DNA of 64,000 nucleotides, taken from assembly GCA_977020255.1 (NCBI GenBank), contig CDROCS010002469.1, positions 248,001-312,000 on the forward strand, in the 5' to 3' direction. Both the position numbers and the translations under genes were made by a program. The notes beneath the pieces are model-generated. The model was given only the letters and a program-made list of their open reading frames with translations. It was not told where the DNA came from and searched no databases. The stretch is from Obrimoposthia wandeli. Taxonomy: Eukaryota. Shown one piece after another: positions 1 through 9,962 of this stretch. Numbering within the stretch: the stretch's first letter is position 1; every line of letters begins with the position of its first letter.

Positions 1-296
1 TCGATGGTTTTTGGTATACACTGGTGGTTTTGATGCTGGCAAAAGGTCCAGCTTTAAACTGGTTAAGAGAAAAAAACCAATGGGTTAACCGTATTACAGG
101 CGCTATATTTATAATCTTAGCTATCAGGGTTGTTACATTATAGCGAAAGGAAGTTAGCGATACCTTTTAATTCTACAAATCTAAAGAAACTATCTAGTTT
201 CTAAAGCTTATTGCCTTCCTTGTGTTTTTGTAACTAAAAAGAAATTAATACAAAAACATAAGGGGCATCTAGCATTAGCTAATTATTTAATAGCAA

Positions 297-1019
297 TTAG
301 TCAGCGATTTCAGCATTGTGGTAGATTTCTTGAACGTCTTCACAATCATGTAATAGCTCCATGAAATGCTCAAACTTTTCAACATCTTCTCCGCTTAGCT
401 CAGAAATAGTTTGTGGCACAAATGTCACTTCTTCTATTTCATATTCCAAATTCGGGAAGCTCTCTTTTAATGCAGATTTTGCTTTAAAATATTCAGTATG
501 TGGTGCTGTCACGGTCATCATACCGTCATCAACTTCAATATCAGAAACATCAACATCCGCCATCATTAACGCTTCTAGTACTGCTTCTTCATCACTATGG
601 GCGAAAACGAACATTGCACAGTGGTCAAACATATGTGCAACAGTTCCCTGCCCACCTAATTTTGCATGACCTTTGTTAAAACAAATACGTACATCACCAA
701 AAGTACGGTTATTATTATCCGTTAAACAATCAATAATAACCATACAACCACCGGGACCAAAACCTTCATAGCGCATAGGTTCATAATTTTCACCACCACC
801 GCCTTTGGCTTTTTCAATTGCCTTATCTATTACATGAGCAGGTACTTGATCTTTTTTTGCCCTATCGATTACACTGCGCAAGCCTGGGTTGGCATCTGGG
901 TCAGAACTGCCATTTTTAGCACCGACAAAAATTTCTTTGGCGTACTTAGCATACAACTTAGATTTAGCACCTTGCGTTTTAGCCATAGTGGCTTTCCGCT
1001 TTTCGAACTTCCTACCCAT
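297..1019 (-). CDS. yeeN: YebC/PmpR family DNA-binding regulator (YeeN-like clade)
   Basis: 240 aa; MGRK N-terminus, [32 protein letters not shown] and C-terminal DVQEIYHN are typical of the family. Confidence 0.9.
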   Translation of the reverse strand: MGRKFEKRKATMAKTQGAKSKLYAKYAKEIFVGAKNGSSDPDANPGLRSVIDRAKKDQVPAHVIDKAIEKAKGGGGENYEPMRYEGFGPGGCMVIIDCLTDNNNRTFGDVRICFNKGHAKLGGQGTVAHMFDHCAMFVFAHSDEEAVLEALMMADVDVSDIEVDDGMMTVTAPHTEYFKAKSALKESFPNLEYEIEEVTFVPQTISELSGEDVEKFEHFMELLHDCEDVQEIYHNAEIAD

Positions 1020-1396
1020 TTAAGTATCTCTTCTTCAAATGATTATGAATTAATAGTTTTATTTTAAAGCTTAGCGCATTAAAGCACTAGTGGCGATCAA
1101 TCTGTTTTACCAAAAACAGATTATAAAACCAACCAGTTGCTTACTATCTTTAATTACTTTACATTTATTGTCACCTGCTTTTAGTTTTTTATGGCACGAC
1201 AGATAACTATTTAGCCAGTTGCACACTAGTTTTTCGATAGAAGAGCTAAGGCTGTTTCTATTAATTGTGCTTTTAAAAAGCCGATAATATGCACTATAAT
1301 AAAATTCAGATTGAAAAATGCAGTCTTTTTTATCAGTATTATTAAAAAACCTTTAGATCCAAGCCTAGCAATTAGCCAGTTATTTAGGGGGTTATT

Positions 1397-1582
1397 ATGA
1401 ATCATAAAACGAACGATATAAACTCAGTTGAGAAAAGCCGACCTACTGAACTACCCGAAGCCGTTGCGAAAAAGAATAAGGTAGCTCAACGTGATAAAAG
1501 TCGCTACATGCGACGCCAATTTGAACAAATGCGAGAACAACAAGAATTAGATCAACAACTACTTGACCCTTTTGATTACTAG
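1397..1582 (+). CDS. Small hypothetical protein, PA3496-like
   Basis: 61 aa; AGGGG RBS before ATG; charged C-terminus RRQFEQMREQQELDQQLLDPFDY resembles the PA3496 family pattern (recalled). Confidence 0.55.
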   Translation: MNHKTNDINSVEKSRPTELPEAVAKKNKVAQRDKSRYMRRQFEQMREQQELDQQLLDPFDY

Positions 1583-2085
1583 CCACCTCTTGCTTTTTTT
1601 TAAGCATGATTTTGTGCTGCACACAAAGAATAAGGCTTAGCTTTATTATCTAACACATCGTTACCAGGATAAAAGCCATAAATACTGGTAACGCAGCTCT
1701 CTTTGCTACGCAATGTTATTGATAGCAAAGCTCAACAGATATAGCCTTGCTGTAATAATAACCTCTATACCATTGATATATATTATTTTATATAAACAAT
1801 TGAATGAAGCACTTAACAATTGTTATCTTATCATTGGTATAAACTTCAATCATAAATAATCCACCCTACACACTTGGAACATTACTCTTTATTATTCAAT
1901 AGGAGCAACAATTTTTGTTCAAACCTGATTAAGAATAAATAAGGAGAAGCATCTTAAAACCACCTCTAAATATGCCAAGCTAAAATTCAATTTTATCCAT
2001 TTAGAAACATAGCTTATGCCTTACAGTAGAAAAGTACTGTGATATAGTGTCTCGAAAGTATTTTTAACAAGGTGCATAATTCCAC

Positions 2086-2613
2086 ATGGCTATTTCGTTA
2101 CAAGAACAGCTCCTTAAAGCCGGTGTCGCCAGCAAGAAACAAGCGAACAAAGCAAAAGCTGATAAGAGAAAGAAAAAAAGTAAAGACACACCTATCTCTG
2201 CTGAACAACTGCAACTGCAACAGCAAGAACAAACTGAAAAGCGCGAAAAAGATAAACGATTAAATTTAGAGCGTGAACAGCAAAGAGTCTTAAAAGAGAA
2301 TGTTTCTCAAGCGCGACAAATTATTGAAACTAATAAAGTTAGCATTCCCAAAGACGCGCAGATTAGCCATCAATTTTCACACTTAAGCTTCGTTAAAACA
2401 ATTCATGTAGACAAACAGTTGCAATCGCAACTATTTTGCGGTCAACTAACAATCATTTTCATGGATGATAAATATTGGTTAATTCCGACTAGACAAGCAC
2501 ACAGAGTTTTTGCTCTGCAAAGCGAGTGGGTCGTTGAGTTGCCGGAAAAAGAAACTGTGGATGAAGATGACCCTTATGCCCAATACCAAATCCCTGACGA
2601 TCTAATGTGGTAA
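2086..2613 (+). CDS. DUF2058 (YaiL-like) protein
   Basis: SLQEQLLKAG N-terminus and C-terminal EDDPYAQYQIPDDLMW. Confidence 0.9.
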   Translation: MAISLQEQLLKAGVASKKQANKAKADKRKKKSKDTPISAEQLQLQQQEQTEKREKDKRLNLEREQQRVLKENVSQARQIIETNKVSIPKDAQISHQFSHLSFVKTIHVDKQLQSQLFCGQLTIIFMDDKYWLIPTRQAHRVFALQSEWVVELPEKETVDEDDPYAQYQIPDDLMW

Positions 2614-2841
2614 TTGCGGATATTTTAGAGCGAGTCCTGCATAGCGTAGTGAGCGATAATGCAACAAGGCAAAACGCGGCAAAAATAGCGTAGTCAATGC
2701 GCACCTGATTATAGGTATGACAGGCGTAACTGAAACTTTTGGCCGATTTCAACCCTGTATTATTGCACGCAGTTACCATGCCCACTGAGCTAATTGCGCC
2801 GAGGTCTCGTAAAATAATTATTGTAAATAAAAGGAATAAGA

Positions 2842-4035
2842 ATGTTTAACCAGCTACAAGGCGTTCCCGCTGATGCCCTTTTAAAGTTAATTGTACAATT
2901 TAACCAAGATCCTAGTCCCAAAAAAGTTGATTTGGGCGTTGGTGTATATAAAGATGAAGATGGTAATACTCCGGTTATGCAGGCAGTGACGGCCGCTGAA
3001 CATATTATTTTAGAGCAACAACAAACAAAATCTTATATCGGTCCGGCAGGCTCACCTCTTTATTGCGAGCTTTCTGCAGAGCTAATTTTTGGTGCACAGC
3101 ACAGCGTGATTAAAGATAAGCGTATAGCGATCGCTCAAACACCTGGTGGTTGTGGTGCACTAAGAATGGCTGCTGAATTTATCAATGTCTGCTCAGCAGG
3201 GGCAACCATCTGGGTAAGTACGCCGACATGGGTTAATCATATTCCATTATTGGGTGAAGCAGGCCTGCAATTAAAAGAATATCCGTATTATAACAATGAA
3301 ACTAAGTCCGTTGATTTTGAAGGCATGCTCAAATCATTAAACACCGCTAATGAAGGAGATCTAGTTCTACTTCACGGCTGCTGTCATAATCCAAGTGGTG
3401 CCGATTTAAACCAGCAACAATGGCAGCAAATGGTAGCATTAGTTTTAGAGAAAAAATTAGTGCCCTTTATTGACATAGCTTATCAAGGATTAGGCGATGG
3501 ATTAGACGAAGATGCTTATGGCTTGCGTTTAATGGCTGATTCTGTTCCTGAGATGATCGTGGCTAGTTCATGCTCTAAGAATTTCGGTCTGTACCGTGAA
3601 AGAACCGGTACCATTATTATTGTCTCTGAAAACGCTGCTAGAGCTAGTATTTCAGCCAGCCAGCTGTTTAGTACTATACGTGGTCATTACTCAATGCCGC
3701 CTGCACACGGCGCTGCAATTGTAGAAACAATTCTGTCCAATGCTGAGTTAAATACTCAATGGATTAATGAGTTAAACACTATGCGTAGTCGTTTATCAGA
3801 TAATCGCTGCGCTTTGGCAACCGCAATAAAGGCCGCTGGCACAGATCGTGATTTTGACTTCATTACCGCTGAAAAAGGCATGTTCTCATTTCTGAGTATT
3901 AGCTCTGAGCAAGTGAACAGATTAAGAGATGAATACTCCATCTATATGGCGAGTTCAAGCAGAATAAACATCGCAGGTATTGCAGCTCACAATGTTGATT
4001 ATGTCGCGAACGCTATTGCAAAAGTAATAAAATAA
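2842..4035 (+). CDS. Aspartate/aromatic amino acid aminotransferase (AspC/TyrB family)
   Basis: KVDLGVGVYKD, LLHGCCHNPSG, DIAYQG, PLP-lysine motif SCSKNFGLYRER, SRINIAG. Confidence 0.95.
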   Translation: MFNQLQGVPADALLKLIVQFNQDPSPKKVDLGVGVYKDEDGNTPVMQAVTAAEHIILEQQQTKSYIGPAGSPLYCELSAELIFGAQHSVIKDKRIAIAQTPGGCGALRMAAEFINVCSAGATIWVSTPTWVNHIPLLGEAGLQLKEYPYYNNETKSVDFEGMLKSLNTANEGDLVLLHGCCHNPSGADLNQQQWQQMVALVLEKKLVPFIDIAYQGLGDGLDEDAYGLRLMADSVPEMIVASSCSKNFGLYRERTGTIIIVSENAARASISASQLFSTIRGHYSMPPAHGAAIVETILSNAELNTQWINELNTMRSRLSDNRCALATAIKAAGTDRDFDFITAEKGMFSFLSISSEQVNRLRDEYSIYMASSSRINIAGIAAHNVDYVANAIAKVIK

Positions 4036-4101
4036 CACTTGTGATTAACGTAAAAAACGCTTTTGAGTAAATCAAAGTGTATTTATCTTCTAAAACAATT
4101 T

Positions 4102-4183
4102 ATTGCTTTCCGGTTAAAAAGTGTAAGCTTTCTAACTCATTGATTTGTGGTTTTTAGCATAGGTATTTGAATATTTTCACCAA
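4102..4183 (+). repeat. Partial copy of the 151-bp palindromic intergenic element (family A)
   Basis: ATTGCTTTCCGGTTAAAAAGTGTAAGCTTTCTAACTCATTGATTTGTGGTTTTTAGCATA is nearly identical to 7078-7137. Confidence 0.85.
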
Positions 4184-4488
4184 AGAACGAACTGAAATCT
4201 GAAAACAAGTAACTAGTTTATCCATATAAGCTACTTACTGTTTTCGCTTTGGCTGGTATTCTAAAAACAGCACCTTTTAGTTTTTCAAAGCTATCTTATC
4301 TATTTATTTCCGGTCCATAAAGAATAGCGGATTTACTTTGCGACGGTCATACATAGATTTACATTCCGATAGATTTATAATATAACTTCATCTTAATAAA
4401 CGTATAATTATATTAGTGCTAGCGAACAACAAGACTATTAACTATGACCCTTTCACTAACAAGCATAAACACCAGCGTTTACGATTAA

Positions 4489-4911
4489 ATGACACGCATT
4501 AACGTACAGGAAAGAAAAATGTTAGATTATCCAAATCTTGAACAATTGGGAGTCACCTCAATTGATGATGTTATAAAATACACTTTAACAAGGGAAGCAA
4601 GGTTTGATGTATTAAAAGTATACTATAAACGCAAATCAGGTTCATTTTTAGCGCAGAGCAAAAAATTCTATTTCACTCGCGGGCAAAACCATATTGAACC
4701 TAGCACAATTAGTAACCCCCAACAAAACCAACACGTTGCACCACAGCTATTACATGTTACTGAAGAGCTCAGAACACTTATGACACATAAACCAGCTCAA
4801 AAACGTGCAGAAATTAAAGCAAATATTAATGAGCGCTTAGATAGTTTAGAATCCGTTTTTGAATCTAAGTTATATCATTTAAGCCAGCAGCTTAAAAATT
4901 TAGATCAGTGA
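4489..4911 (+). CDS. DUF3461 (YaeH-like) protein
   Basis: YPNLEQLG, DVLKVYYKRKSGSFLAQSKKF and a coiled-coil C-terminus; true start may be the second ATG. Confidence 0.8.
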   Translation: MTRINVQERKMLDYPNLEQLGVTSIDDVIKYTLTREARFDVLKVYYKRKSGSFLAQSKKFYFTRGQNHIEPSTISNPQQNQHVAPQLLHVTEELRTLMTHKPAQKRAEIKANINERLDSLESVFESKLYHLSQQLKNLDQ

Positions 4912-5005
4912 GGTTTACTCGTTTTAATTATGAGTGACAAGCTAGGCTTGTCTTAGATAAAGAATAAAGGGTAAAACCTACCAGGGGTTACCCTAAAATT
5001 AGCAG

Positions 5006-6061
5006 TTACTTTTCTTTAAGCGCTTTAGCAAAATCCAGCATACGCTGCAGTGGAATTTTAGCTTGCCTCATCAACTCCTTCTCTACAAATACTTCGTTGC
5101 TGTAGTTTTCCAAACTTTCGCAGATACTTTGCAAGCCATTCATCGCCATCCAAGGACAGTGCGCACAGCTTCGGCAAGTAGCACCACTTCCAGCGGTAGG
5201 TGCTGCTATAAACTCCTTACCCGGCGCTGCTTGTTGCATTTTGTAGAAAATACCACGATCGGTTGCCACGATGAATTTCTTGTTGTCCATCCGTACTGCA
5301 GCATCGATAATTTGGGTAGTAGAACCGACAGCGTCAGCTATTTCAATAACAGATGCAGGTGATTCTGGGTGCACTAAAATAGCAGCATCAGGGAAAATTT
5401 CACGTAGATCTAAAATGCCTTTCGCTTGAAACTCTTCGTGAACGATGCAAGAACCTTCCCACATCAACATTTCAATGCCTGTTTGTTGCTGCACATACCG
5501 ACCCAAATGCTGATCAGGGGCCCAAATTATTTTTTTACCTTGTTCTTCTAAATGCTTCACTACTTCAACGGCGATACTAGAAGTAACAACCCAATCGGCA
5601 CGCGCCTTAACTGCTGCTGAAGTATTTGCATAGACAACGACTACATGATCAGGATGTTGATCGCAAAAAGCACTAAATTCATCAATTGGACAACCAATAT
5701 CTAAAGAGCAAGTCGCTTCTAAACTGGGCATCAAAACACGTTTATTTGGGCTGAGTATCTTTGCTGTTTCACCCATGAACTTAACTCCAGCAACCACTAA
5801 AGTTTGCTCGGGGCGCTCACTACCAAAACGGGCCATTTCTAAAGAATCAGAAATACAACCGCCTGTCTCTTCTGTTATTTCTTGAACAATGGCATCCGTA
5901 TAATAATGAGAAACTAAGCACGCATTATGCTTTTTTAGCAAAGCTTTGATGCGCGTTTTATAAGACTCTATTTCAATATTATTTAGTGCAGAGGGCTGAT
6001 TTTCATGAGCAAAGTGCTCTTGAATCATAATACGGTCTTTTAGGGAGGCTGCTGCTAACAT
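5006..6061 (-). CDS. nadA: Quinolinate synthase
   Basis: [57 protein letters not shown]. Confidence 0.97.
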   Translation of the reverse strand: MLAAASLKDRIMIQEHFAHENQPSALNNIEIESYKTRIKALLKKHNACLVSHYYTDAIVQEITEETGGCISDSLEMARFGSERPEQTLVVAGVKFMGETAKILSPNKRVLMPSLEATCSLDIGCPIDEFSAFCDQHPDHVVVVYANTSAAVKARADWVVTSSIAVEVVKHLEEQGKKIIWAPDQHLGRYVQQQTGIEMLMWEGSCIVHEEFQAKGILDLREIFPDAAILVHPESPASVIEIADAVGSTTQIIDAAVRMDNKKFIVATDRGIFYKMQQAAPGKEFIAAPTAGSGATCRSCAHCPWMAMNGLQSICESLENYSNEVFVEKELMRQAKIPLQRMLDFAKALKEK

Positions 6062-6114
6062 GGGAATTCTTATCTATTATCAAGGATAAAACTAAACTAC
6101 CCTATTGTGTAAGA

Positions 6115-6190
6115 TGGTGGGCCGTGTAGGATTCGAACCTACGACCAATTGGTTAAAAGCCAACTGCTCTACCAACTGAGCTAACGGCCC
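6115..6190 (-). tRNA. tRNA-Lys (UUU)
   Basis: Reverse complement GGGCCGTTAGCTCAGTTGGTAGAGCAGTTGGCTTTTAACCAATTGGTCGTAGGTTCGAATCCTACACGGCCCACCA; 76 nt cloverleaf, TTT anticodon, encoded CCA. Confidence 0.98.
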
Positions 6191-6286
6191 CACTAGAAGC
6201 TCGGTAATTGTACGTTTTCAAAATAAAAATGCAAGGCAATAAAAGATTAAAGAGTCGATATATTACCCTTGTTCTGACACTTTTAA

Positions 6287-6976
6287 CTATTTAACATAAT
6301 TCGTCTGATCAGCAACACCTGCTTGTATGAAACCTTCTTTTCGTAACTGGCAACTATCGCATTCATTGCAGGCATAGCCACGTGAATCTGCTTGATAGCA
6401 TGAAATTGTCTTTTTATAATCTATCCCCAATTCCATACCTTGGGTAATGATTTCTGCTTTGCTCAAGTGCATTAATGGCGTTTTAATGCTTATTGCTTGC
6501 CCTTCTACTGCGGCTTTAGTCGCCAAATTAGCCATTTTTTCGAAGGCTTCAATAAAGGCAGGACGACAATCTGGATAACCTGAATAATCGACTGCGTTGA
6601 CTCCAATGAAAATAGCTTGTGCTTCAATGACTTCGGCCCATCCCAGCGCTAGCGATAAAAATATCGTATTCCTGGCTGGCACGTAAGTCACCGGAATCAC
6701 TGGTTCAGATAGCTGCGAATTAACTGGCATCGCGATGTCTAAATCCGTTAAAGCTGAACCTCCAAAATCTTCCAAAGGCATTCGCAAGACTTTATGCTCA
6801 ACAACACCTTCTGTATTTGCCAATGCTTTTGCAGCTTCTAACTCAACAGTTGAACGCTGGCCATAATCAAAACTAAGCACATAACATGCATAATCTTGCT
6901 TAGCGATGGCTAGTACGGTGGCCGAATCTAAGCCACCTGATAATAATATGACCGCTTTGGGTTTGATATTTGGCAT
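6287..6976 (-). CDS. queC: 7-cyano-7-deazaguanine synthase
   Basis: [29 protein letters not shown] and Zn-binding Cys cluster CY...CNECDSC. Confidence 0.97.
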   Translation of the reverse strand: MPNIKPKAVILLSGGLDSATVLAIAKQDYACYVLSFDYGQRSTVELEAAKALANTEGVVEHKVLRMPLEDFGGSALTDLDIAMPVNSQLSEPVIPVTYVPARNTIFLSLALGWAEVIEAQAIFIGVNAVDYSGYPDCRPAFIEAFEKMANLATKAAVEGQAISIKTPLMHLSKAEIITQGMELGIDYKKTISCYQADSRGYACNECDSCQLRKEGFIQAGVADQTNYVK

Positions 6977-7076
6977 TAATGAACCTATTTATGAGAACTT
7001 AATTACGAGAATCTATTTAAAAGAATTTGTGCGAATTCAACCATGAAAGCCTAATACTAATTTTTAATCTAATCAC

Positions 7077-7227
7077 ATTGCTGTCCGGTTAAAAAGTGTA
7101 AGCTATCTAACTCATTGATTTGTGGTTTTCTAGCATAATTTATTGAATTTTTTCAGCCAAATAACACTTGTGGTTATCGTAAAATCAATGAGTTAAAGAG
7201 CAACAAAAATTAAACCGGGCACTAATG
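7077..7227 (+). repeat. Full 151-bp palindromic MITE-like element (family A)
   Basis: About 45-bp imperfect terminal inverted repeats, CATTGCTGTCCGGTT...AACTCATTGATTT / AAATCAATGAGTT...AACCGGGCACTAATG. Confidence 0.85.
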
Positions 7228-7282
7228 ATCTAATCAACGAAAATTTCACAGCTAAAAACGCTAGCAAGGTTTAACTGTTAGT

Positions 7283-8128
7283 TTATTTTGAAAAATCAAT
7301 ATCGGCAACCTTTACCACATTACCACTCACTTTCACTTCCATAATCGTCCCTTGATCACATATCAACTCAACCTGTATTTGACTCGGTCTATTTAAAAAA
7401 CGCCCCTGCTCAAGGGTAATATTGGTGTGTTGCACTATTGCATGCTTATACAGGTATGCGCCTACAGGCCCTGCTGCACTGCCTGTTGCTATGTCTTCCA
7501 CTTTACCCTCATTATCCCAAGTGCGCCCCTCTAAGGCGTTTATATCTATAACATACAAAAACTTAGCACCATACGGGCTTAATAATGGCGCTAAATCTGA
7601 TACTTGAAATTTAAGGGCATCTAAACCACCTATTACGGGTAGAATCATATAGGAAAGCCCGGTACTTATTACCTCAACGGGATAATGGCTTTGTGCTGAT
7701 TTCGTGATAGACAACGCTTTAAAAAAGGGAGCTGCTTGCTCTTTATTCAAAGTCGTTATGAACTCAGGCTTTCCCTGGTTCATGGTGGCTTTAAACGTAC
7801 CTTGCTCCCATTCACTACTAAGGGTGATTTTGCTCTGGTTTAACTGCACTTGCCATTCGTGCTGCTGAGCACTGCCAAAACATTCATGTAGATGATAGGC
7901 AAGTCCTATTAAAGGATGCCCCGCAAAATCTAATTCCTCTTCCATCGTAAAAATTTTTGCGATGAACTGACCATCTTTTTCGCTTAGGAATATTGATTCG
8001 AACTGACGCATTTCTTGCGTTAACTGTTGCATACTCTCTAGGGAAAGCGTTGCATAATCATAAAATATAGTTAAACCATTGCCAGCGTATTTTTGCGTTG
8101 CAAATACATCTACTAATTTACATTTCAT
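7283..8128 (-). CDS. PhzF family isomerase/epimerase
   Basis: VDVFA...GN, ESIF, IFTMEEELDFAGHP, EDIATGSAAG, EQGRFLNRPS. Confidence 0.92.
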   Translation of the reverse strand: MKCKLVDVFATQKYAGNGLTIFYDYATLSLESMQQLTQEMRQFESIFLSEKDGQFIAKIFTMEEELDFAGHPLIGLAYHLHECFGSAQQHEWQVQLNQSKITLSSEWEQGTFKATMNQGKPEFITTLNKEQAAPFFKALSITKSAQSHYPVEVISTGLSYMILPVIGGLDALKFQVSDLAPLLSPYGAKFLYVIDINALEGRTWDNEGKVEDIATGSAAGPVGAYLYKHAIVQHTNITLEQGRFLNRPSQIQVELICDQGTIMEVKVSGNVVKVADIDFSK

Positions 8129-8277
8129 AACGAAAATCTTTCCATATAATTATTTTCAACGAAATCAGTTATCTTATTAATCACTTCACTAAATATCCCA
8201 GATCAATATTTTAAGCTCTATAATCTAAAACAGCGGCAAAAATAAGGACTAGTAGTACCAACACATAAATTTATCTC

Positions 8278-8306
8278 AAAAAAAAGCCCTGTTAAACCAG
8301 GGCTAT
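8278..8306 (-). terminator. Intrinsic terminator of gap
   Basis: Stem AGCCCTG/CAGGGCT followed on the minus strand by a T run, about 40 bp after the gap stop. Confidence 0.7.
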
Positions 8307-8346
8307 TCTAAAAGGCTTTTTAAATCAGCTTAGTCCTAGATAGAGC

Positions 8347-9783
8347 CTAAGGCTCGATAGGGAAAGCCTTTAATGTATTCTTTGTCATACGTTTAGCTAA
8401 ACGCATAACTTGGCAGCTATAACCAAACTCATTATCGTACCAAATGTATACAACACAGCTCTTACCGCCTTCAGCAATTGTCGCCAAACCATCTACGGTT
8501 CCAGCTGAACGCGAACCGACAAAATCGGTTGAAACTGCTTCAGGAGAAATACTGTAACCAATTTGCTTTTGCAGACCAGAGTGCAGTGCAGCGTTGCGCA
8601 AGAATGCGTTCAAATCTTCTCTGTTGGTCGCTGTTTTGAGATTAAGGTTCAAGATAGCAATGGATACGTTAGGTGTCGGTACTCGAATTGAGTTACCTGT
8701 TAACTTACCTTCCATCTCGGGCAACGCTTTAGAAACCGCTTTCGCTGCACCGGTTTCAGTGATAACCATATTTAAAGTCGCTGCACGACCGCGGCGATCC
8801 CCTTTATGGTAGTTATCAATTAAATTTTGATCGTTGGTAAAAGAGTGAATTGTTTCAACATGGCCATTATCAATACCATACTCATCACACATTGCTTTAA
8901 GTACCGGGGTGATCGCATTGGTAGTACAAGAAGCGGCTGATACGATAGTATCTTCATCTAAAACATCATTTTGGTTAACGCCCATTACAATGTTCTTGAT
9001 GCCTTTGCCCGGTGCTGTAAGTAATACTTTTTTCGCGCCAGGAGACTTCAAGTGCAAACTCAAACCTTCTTTATCACGCCACATACCGGTGTTATCAATA
9101 ATTAATGCATTATTAATCCCGTGCTTGGTGTAATCGACTTCTTCAGGGTTACTCGCAAAGATAATTTTAATCATATTACCATTGGCAATCAACGCATGGT
9201 TTTCTTCATCAACGGTAATATTACCTTTGAAAGCACCGTGTACTGAATCGCGTCTTAGTAAGCTAGCACGCTTTTCTAAATCAAACTTTGCTTTGCCTTT
9301 ACGTACAACAATAGCGCTTAAACGCATACCGCTGCCACCGCCCGTTTGCTCAAGTAATAAACGCGCTAACAGACGACCTATTCTACCAAAGCCATAAAGC
9401 ACTACGTCTGTGGTTGCAACAGATTCATCATCAGTGCAGCCTATTAGCTCTGATGTAACGAAAGCTTTTAAATCAACTACTTCGCTTTGATCACGAAATT
9501 TAACCGCAAGTTTACCAATATCTACATGCGCATTTTTAATGTTCAATTGTGATAATATTTTTAAAACTGGATAAGTATCTTCTACAGTGAGCTCTGTGCT
9601 CTCTATTTGACGCCCAAAACGGTGCGCTTTTAAAATATCAATAACGGATCGTTTAACTAGCAGACGACCAAAAACCGAGGTCTCAACATTATGATCGCGA
9701 AATAAAACACCCACTAAAGGAACCATCTCTTCAGTTAAGGCTTCCCGTTCTTTCCATGCTGTAAATACTTGCTCTCGACTCAC
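8347..9783 (-). CDS. gap: Glyceraldehyde-3-phosphate dehydrogenase, long N-terminally extended type
   Basis: LYGFGRIGR, DSVHG, catalytic SAASCTTN, RVPT, WYDNE; start moved to GTG 9783, which follows a GGAG RBS. Confidence 0.95.
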   Translation of the reverse strand: MSREQVFTAWKEREALTEEMVPLVGVLFRDHNVETSVFGRLLVKRSVIDILKAHRFGRQIESTELTVEDTYPVLKILSQLNIKNAHVDIGKLAVKFRDQSEVVDLKAFVTSELIGCTDDESVATTDVVLYGFGRIGRLLARLLLEQTGGGSGMRLSAIVVRKGKAKFDLEKRASLLRRDSVHGAFKGNITVDEENHALIANGNMIKIIFASNPEEVDYTKHGINNALIIDNTGMWRDKEGLSLHLKSPGAKKVLLTAPGKGIKNIVMGVNQNDVLDEDTIVSAASCTTNAITPVLKAMCDEYGIDNGHVETIHSFTNDQNLIDNYHKGDRRGRAATLNMVITETGAAKAVSKALPEMEGKLTGNSIRVPTPNVSIAILNLNLKTATNREDLNAFLRNAALHSGLQKQIGYSISPEAVSTDFVGSRSAGTVDGLATIAEGGKSCVVYIWYDNEFGYSCQVMRLAKRMTKNTLKAFPIEP

Positions 9784-9962
9784 AATACTCTCCAATTCTT
9801 TTGGTAATATAATTAGTGGCCGCATTATCCCTATTTATGAGGGTTGGGGCAAACCAATTTACTAGTACTTTAGGCTATAATTAAATTTAATTTCTAAACT
9901 ACTGATTTTAGGTAGCGAAGTGACATAAAATAGCGACCGCTTTATTAGATAATTTTTATTTT

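Noticed and set aside
1192-1207. TGGCAC as a sigma54 promoter (also at about 63458)
   Set aside because: No GC at the -12 position
2621-2816. Possible MITE between DUF2058 and the aminotransferase
   Set aside because: Only a weak terminal match (TATTTTAGAG / CTCGTAAAATA) and no second copy seen
6115-6190. tRNA-Lys as an integration site
   Set aside because: No integrase and no duplicated 3' end in the window; core genes lie on both sides
6977-7076. preQ1 riboswitch upstream of queC
   Set aside because: No preQ1 hairpin or A-rich tail motif seen
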